DNA of 32,000 nt, from assembly GCF_000009605.1 (NCBI RefSeq), contig NC_002528.1, forward strand, positions 270,001-302,000, read 5' to 3'. The stretch comes from Buchnera aphidicola str. APS (Acyrthosiphon pisum). Its GTDB lineage: Bacteria; Pseudomonadota; Gammaproteobacteria; Enterobacterales; Enterobacteriaceae. A model generated the notes under the pieces. The model saw nothing but the letters and a program-made list of their open reading frames with translations, made no database searches and was not told the DNA's origin. The translations under genes were made by a program, and so were the position numbers. Positions 31,932 through 32,000 of the stretch are shown piece by piece; positions within the stretch are counted from its first letter, which is position 1, and every line of letters begins with the position of its first letter.

Positions 31932-32000
31932 TTATTCTAATTTAGTAGAAAGTTTTAATAAATGAGTAAATTTTTTTATTTCTTTAATCATTTTTTTTTC
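31932..32000 (-). CDS. trpA: Tryptophan synthase alpha chain, extreme 3' end (truncated by the window edge)
   Basis: The minus-strand frame is open from the window edge: EKKMIKEIKKFTHLLKLSTKLE*. It aligns position for position with the E. coli TrpA tail as I recall it, (P)[20 protein letters not shown]. The yciC-trpA neighbourhood fits enterobacterial synteny once ompW and other genes are lost. Only 22 codons are visible. Confidence 0.55.
   Translation of the reverse strand, partial: EKKMIKEIKKFTHLLKLSTKLE

Overview
This is a gene-dense, very AT-rich chromosomal segment of a reduced gammaproteobacterial endosymbiont genome. The protein sequences are recognisable orthologues of E. coli proteins. 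The gene order is flhA-argS-rrs-tRNAIle-tRNAAla-gloB-rnhA-dnaQ-tRNAAsp-gmhA-gpt-grpE-yfjF-smpB-tadA-acpS-era-rnc-lepB-lepA-mnmA-hflD-purB-mltE-fabI-rnb-ychE-lipB-lipA-pyrF-ribA-hns-cls-yciA-yciB-yciC-trpA. From memory (no search possible) this matches Buchnera aphidicola of the APS-like Aphidinae type. I support 34 protein-coding loci, two of them cut by the window edges, plus one 16S rRNA and three tRNAs. I also support two sigma70-like stable-RNA promoters, an rrn boxA, a 16S-flanking processing stem and a few candidate hairpins. I see no CRISPR array, IS or transposon ends, integrase, phage genes, toxin-antitoxin or defence-like genes, and no unexplained long ORF. I therefore do not think the window holds a novel multi-gene system; it is core housekeeping DNA. 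The most interesting signals are small-scale. rnhA and mltE are each interrupted inside a poly(A) tract that is exactly one A too short, and the conserved downstream protein sequence continues in the shifted frame. These are candidates for rescue by transcriptional slippage, or very young pseudogenes. The rrs unit is split from 23S/5S, and its last tRNA overlaps the convergent gloB by 9 nt. Two GC-rich structured islands sit in otherwise AT-only spacers. Several ORF-track starts are over-extended through alternative start codons, and I give homology-based starts instead.
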